A DNA stretch of 64,000 nucleotides from Lama guanicoe (Eukaryota). The DNA is taken from assembly GCA_013239625.1 (NCBI GenBank), contig MU054001.1:7572746-7636745 (forward strand), given 5' to 3'. The translations under genes and the position numbers were made by a program. Below the pieces are notes generated by a model. The model saw nothing but the letters and a program-made list of their open reading frames with translations, had not been told where the DNA came from and did not search any database. Shown piece after piece: positions 62,700-64,000 of the stretch (position 1 is its first letter; each line of letters starts with the position of its first letter).

Positions 62700-64000
62700 T
62701 TTTTCTTAAAACAGCTTGAGGTATACTTGGCAAAATAATTTTCACACGTTTAAAGTGTACTGCTTAATACGTTTTGACGTAAGTATATCTCCAAGAAACC
62801 ATGACCACACTCAAGACAGTGAACATACCCATCACCCACAAAGCTTCTCTCCTGCCTTTTGTTGTCCCTCCCTCCCTCCCCATCTCTTCCCCTGGAAACC
62901 ATTGATCTGCTTTCTATCACAACATATTGGTTTGCATTTTCAAGATCCTTGTATGAATGGATTCATGCAGTATCTACTCTATGTTGTCTGACTTCTTTCA
63001 CTCAGTATAATTATTTTGAGAGTCATCTGTGTTGCTGTATTAATAGCTTATTTGTCTTATAGCAGAGTGTTGTTTAGTGCTGAGTTTTTACTGAATAGTT
63101 TATTGTGAGCAGTGTTTGGATAGACCATCATTTCTTTCTGCATTTACTTCTTGATGGATACATGGGTTATTTACAACTTGAGCTATTATAAATAAAATTG
63201 CAGTGAATATTTGGTTACAAGTCTTTGTATGGACATATGCTTTTCTTTTCTAAAACACCAGATGAGGAATATCTGAGTTTTACAGTAGATAGGTGTTTAC
63301 CTTTTTTAAAGAAACTGTTAAAGACTTTTCCAAAATGGTTGTACTATTATAAATTCCTCGTGGTGTGTATCAGTTCTGGTTGCTCTACTTCCTTGCCAGC
63401 ACTTTGTAAGGTCGGTCTTTCTAATCGTATTCATTCTAGTATATATGTGAACTACTATCTCACTGTGGTTTTTAAAAGCATTTCTCTAATGACTAATGGC
63501 ATCTTTAATCAGCATCTTTTCATATGCTTATTATCCATCTGGATATCTTTACTGAAGTGTGTTTTCTGGCCTCATTCATTCAGGCAGGTGTTTGCATTAT
63601 TATTGAATTTTGAGAACTCTTTATTCTGGATCAGATACAAAGATAGACCTTTATCAGATATATGATCTACAAATAGCTTCTGTCTATGGCTTGTCTTTTC
63701 ATTTGCTTAGCATTGTTTAGAAGAGCTTGGAAGAGTCTTCATTGTGATAAAGTTCACTCTATCAGTTTCTTTTTAAAATAGATGATACTTTTGGTGTCAT
63801 AGCAAAGAAATATTTGCCAAACCCAAGGCCATAAAGCTTTAGCCTATGCTTTTTCTCCGAGCTGTTTTATAGTTTTAGATTTCCTATTAAGATCTATGAC
63901 CCATTTTGAGTTAAATTTTTATATTTTGTGAGGTGTGGATCAAAGTTCATTTTTTTTTTTGCATATCACTATCCAATTGTTCCAGCACTACTTGTTGAAA
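62700..64000 (-). mobile_element. Old LINE-1 3' region, antisense, running off the window end
   Basis: L1 antisense motifs ctcactgtggtttt...catttctctaatgactaatg...catcttttcatatgcttatt and tatccaattgttccagcactacttgttgaaa. Confidence 0.85.

Overview
Mammalian (eutherian) genomic DNA, very probably camelid (alpaca/camel): it has tRNA-derived SINEs starting GGGGGAGGGTATAGCTCA, artiodactyl-type L1 3' ends and ancient L2, MIR, MER and MLT repeats. I found no intact protein-coding gene, and almost all of the ORF track is noise. The window looks like a segmental-duplication mosaic of the kind found near centromeres and telomeres. It contains: (1) an unprocessed, frameshifted copy of ANO6 exons 4-7 on the minus strand at 1.6-5.3 kb; (2) a CpG-rich ~160-bp satellite present as a ~14-unit array at 55.6-57.7 kb and as an internally inverted, hairpin-forming block at 15.7-16.6 kb; (3) two ERV LTR fragments fused into a ~280-bp-arm inverted repeat; (4) a 3-exon, GEF-less, probably RalGDS-like-derived gene (MFCC N-terminus, acidic Pro-rich linker, C-terminal hydrophobic tail, one frameshift) inside a ~3.66-kb tandem-unit remnant; (5) an unidentified degenerate 3-exon gene on the minus strand at 25-31 kb; (6) an orphan, inactivated POFUT2 exon 2 downstream of an unrelated CpG-island promoter carrying RFX, MYB, NF-Y and ETS motifs; (7) a ~240-bp AT-rich satellite remnant; and (8) an unidentified degenerate terminal exon at 59.5 kb. 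The best candidates for an undescribed system are the membrane-tailed RalGDS-like-derived tandem gene family and a possible germline lncRNA/small-RNA locus built from duplicated gene fragments and inverted repeats. Both are hypotheses. All homology calls are from memory and by eye, with no database search.
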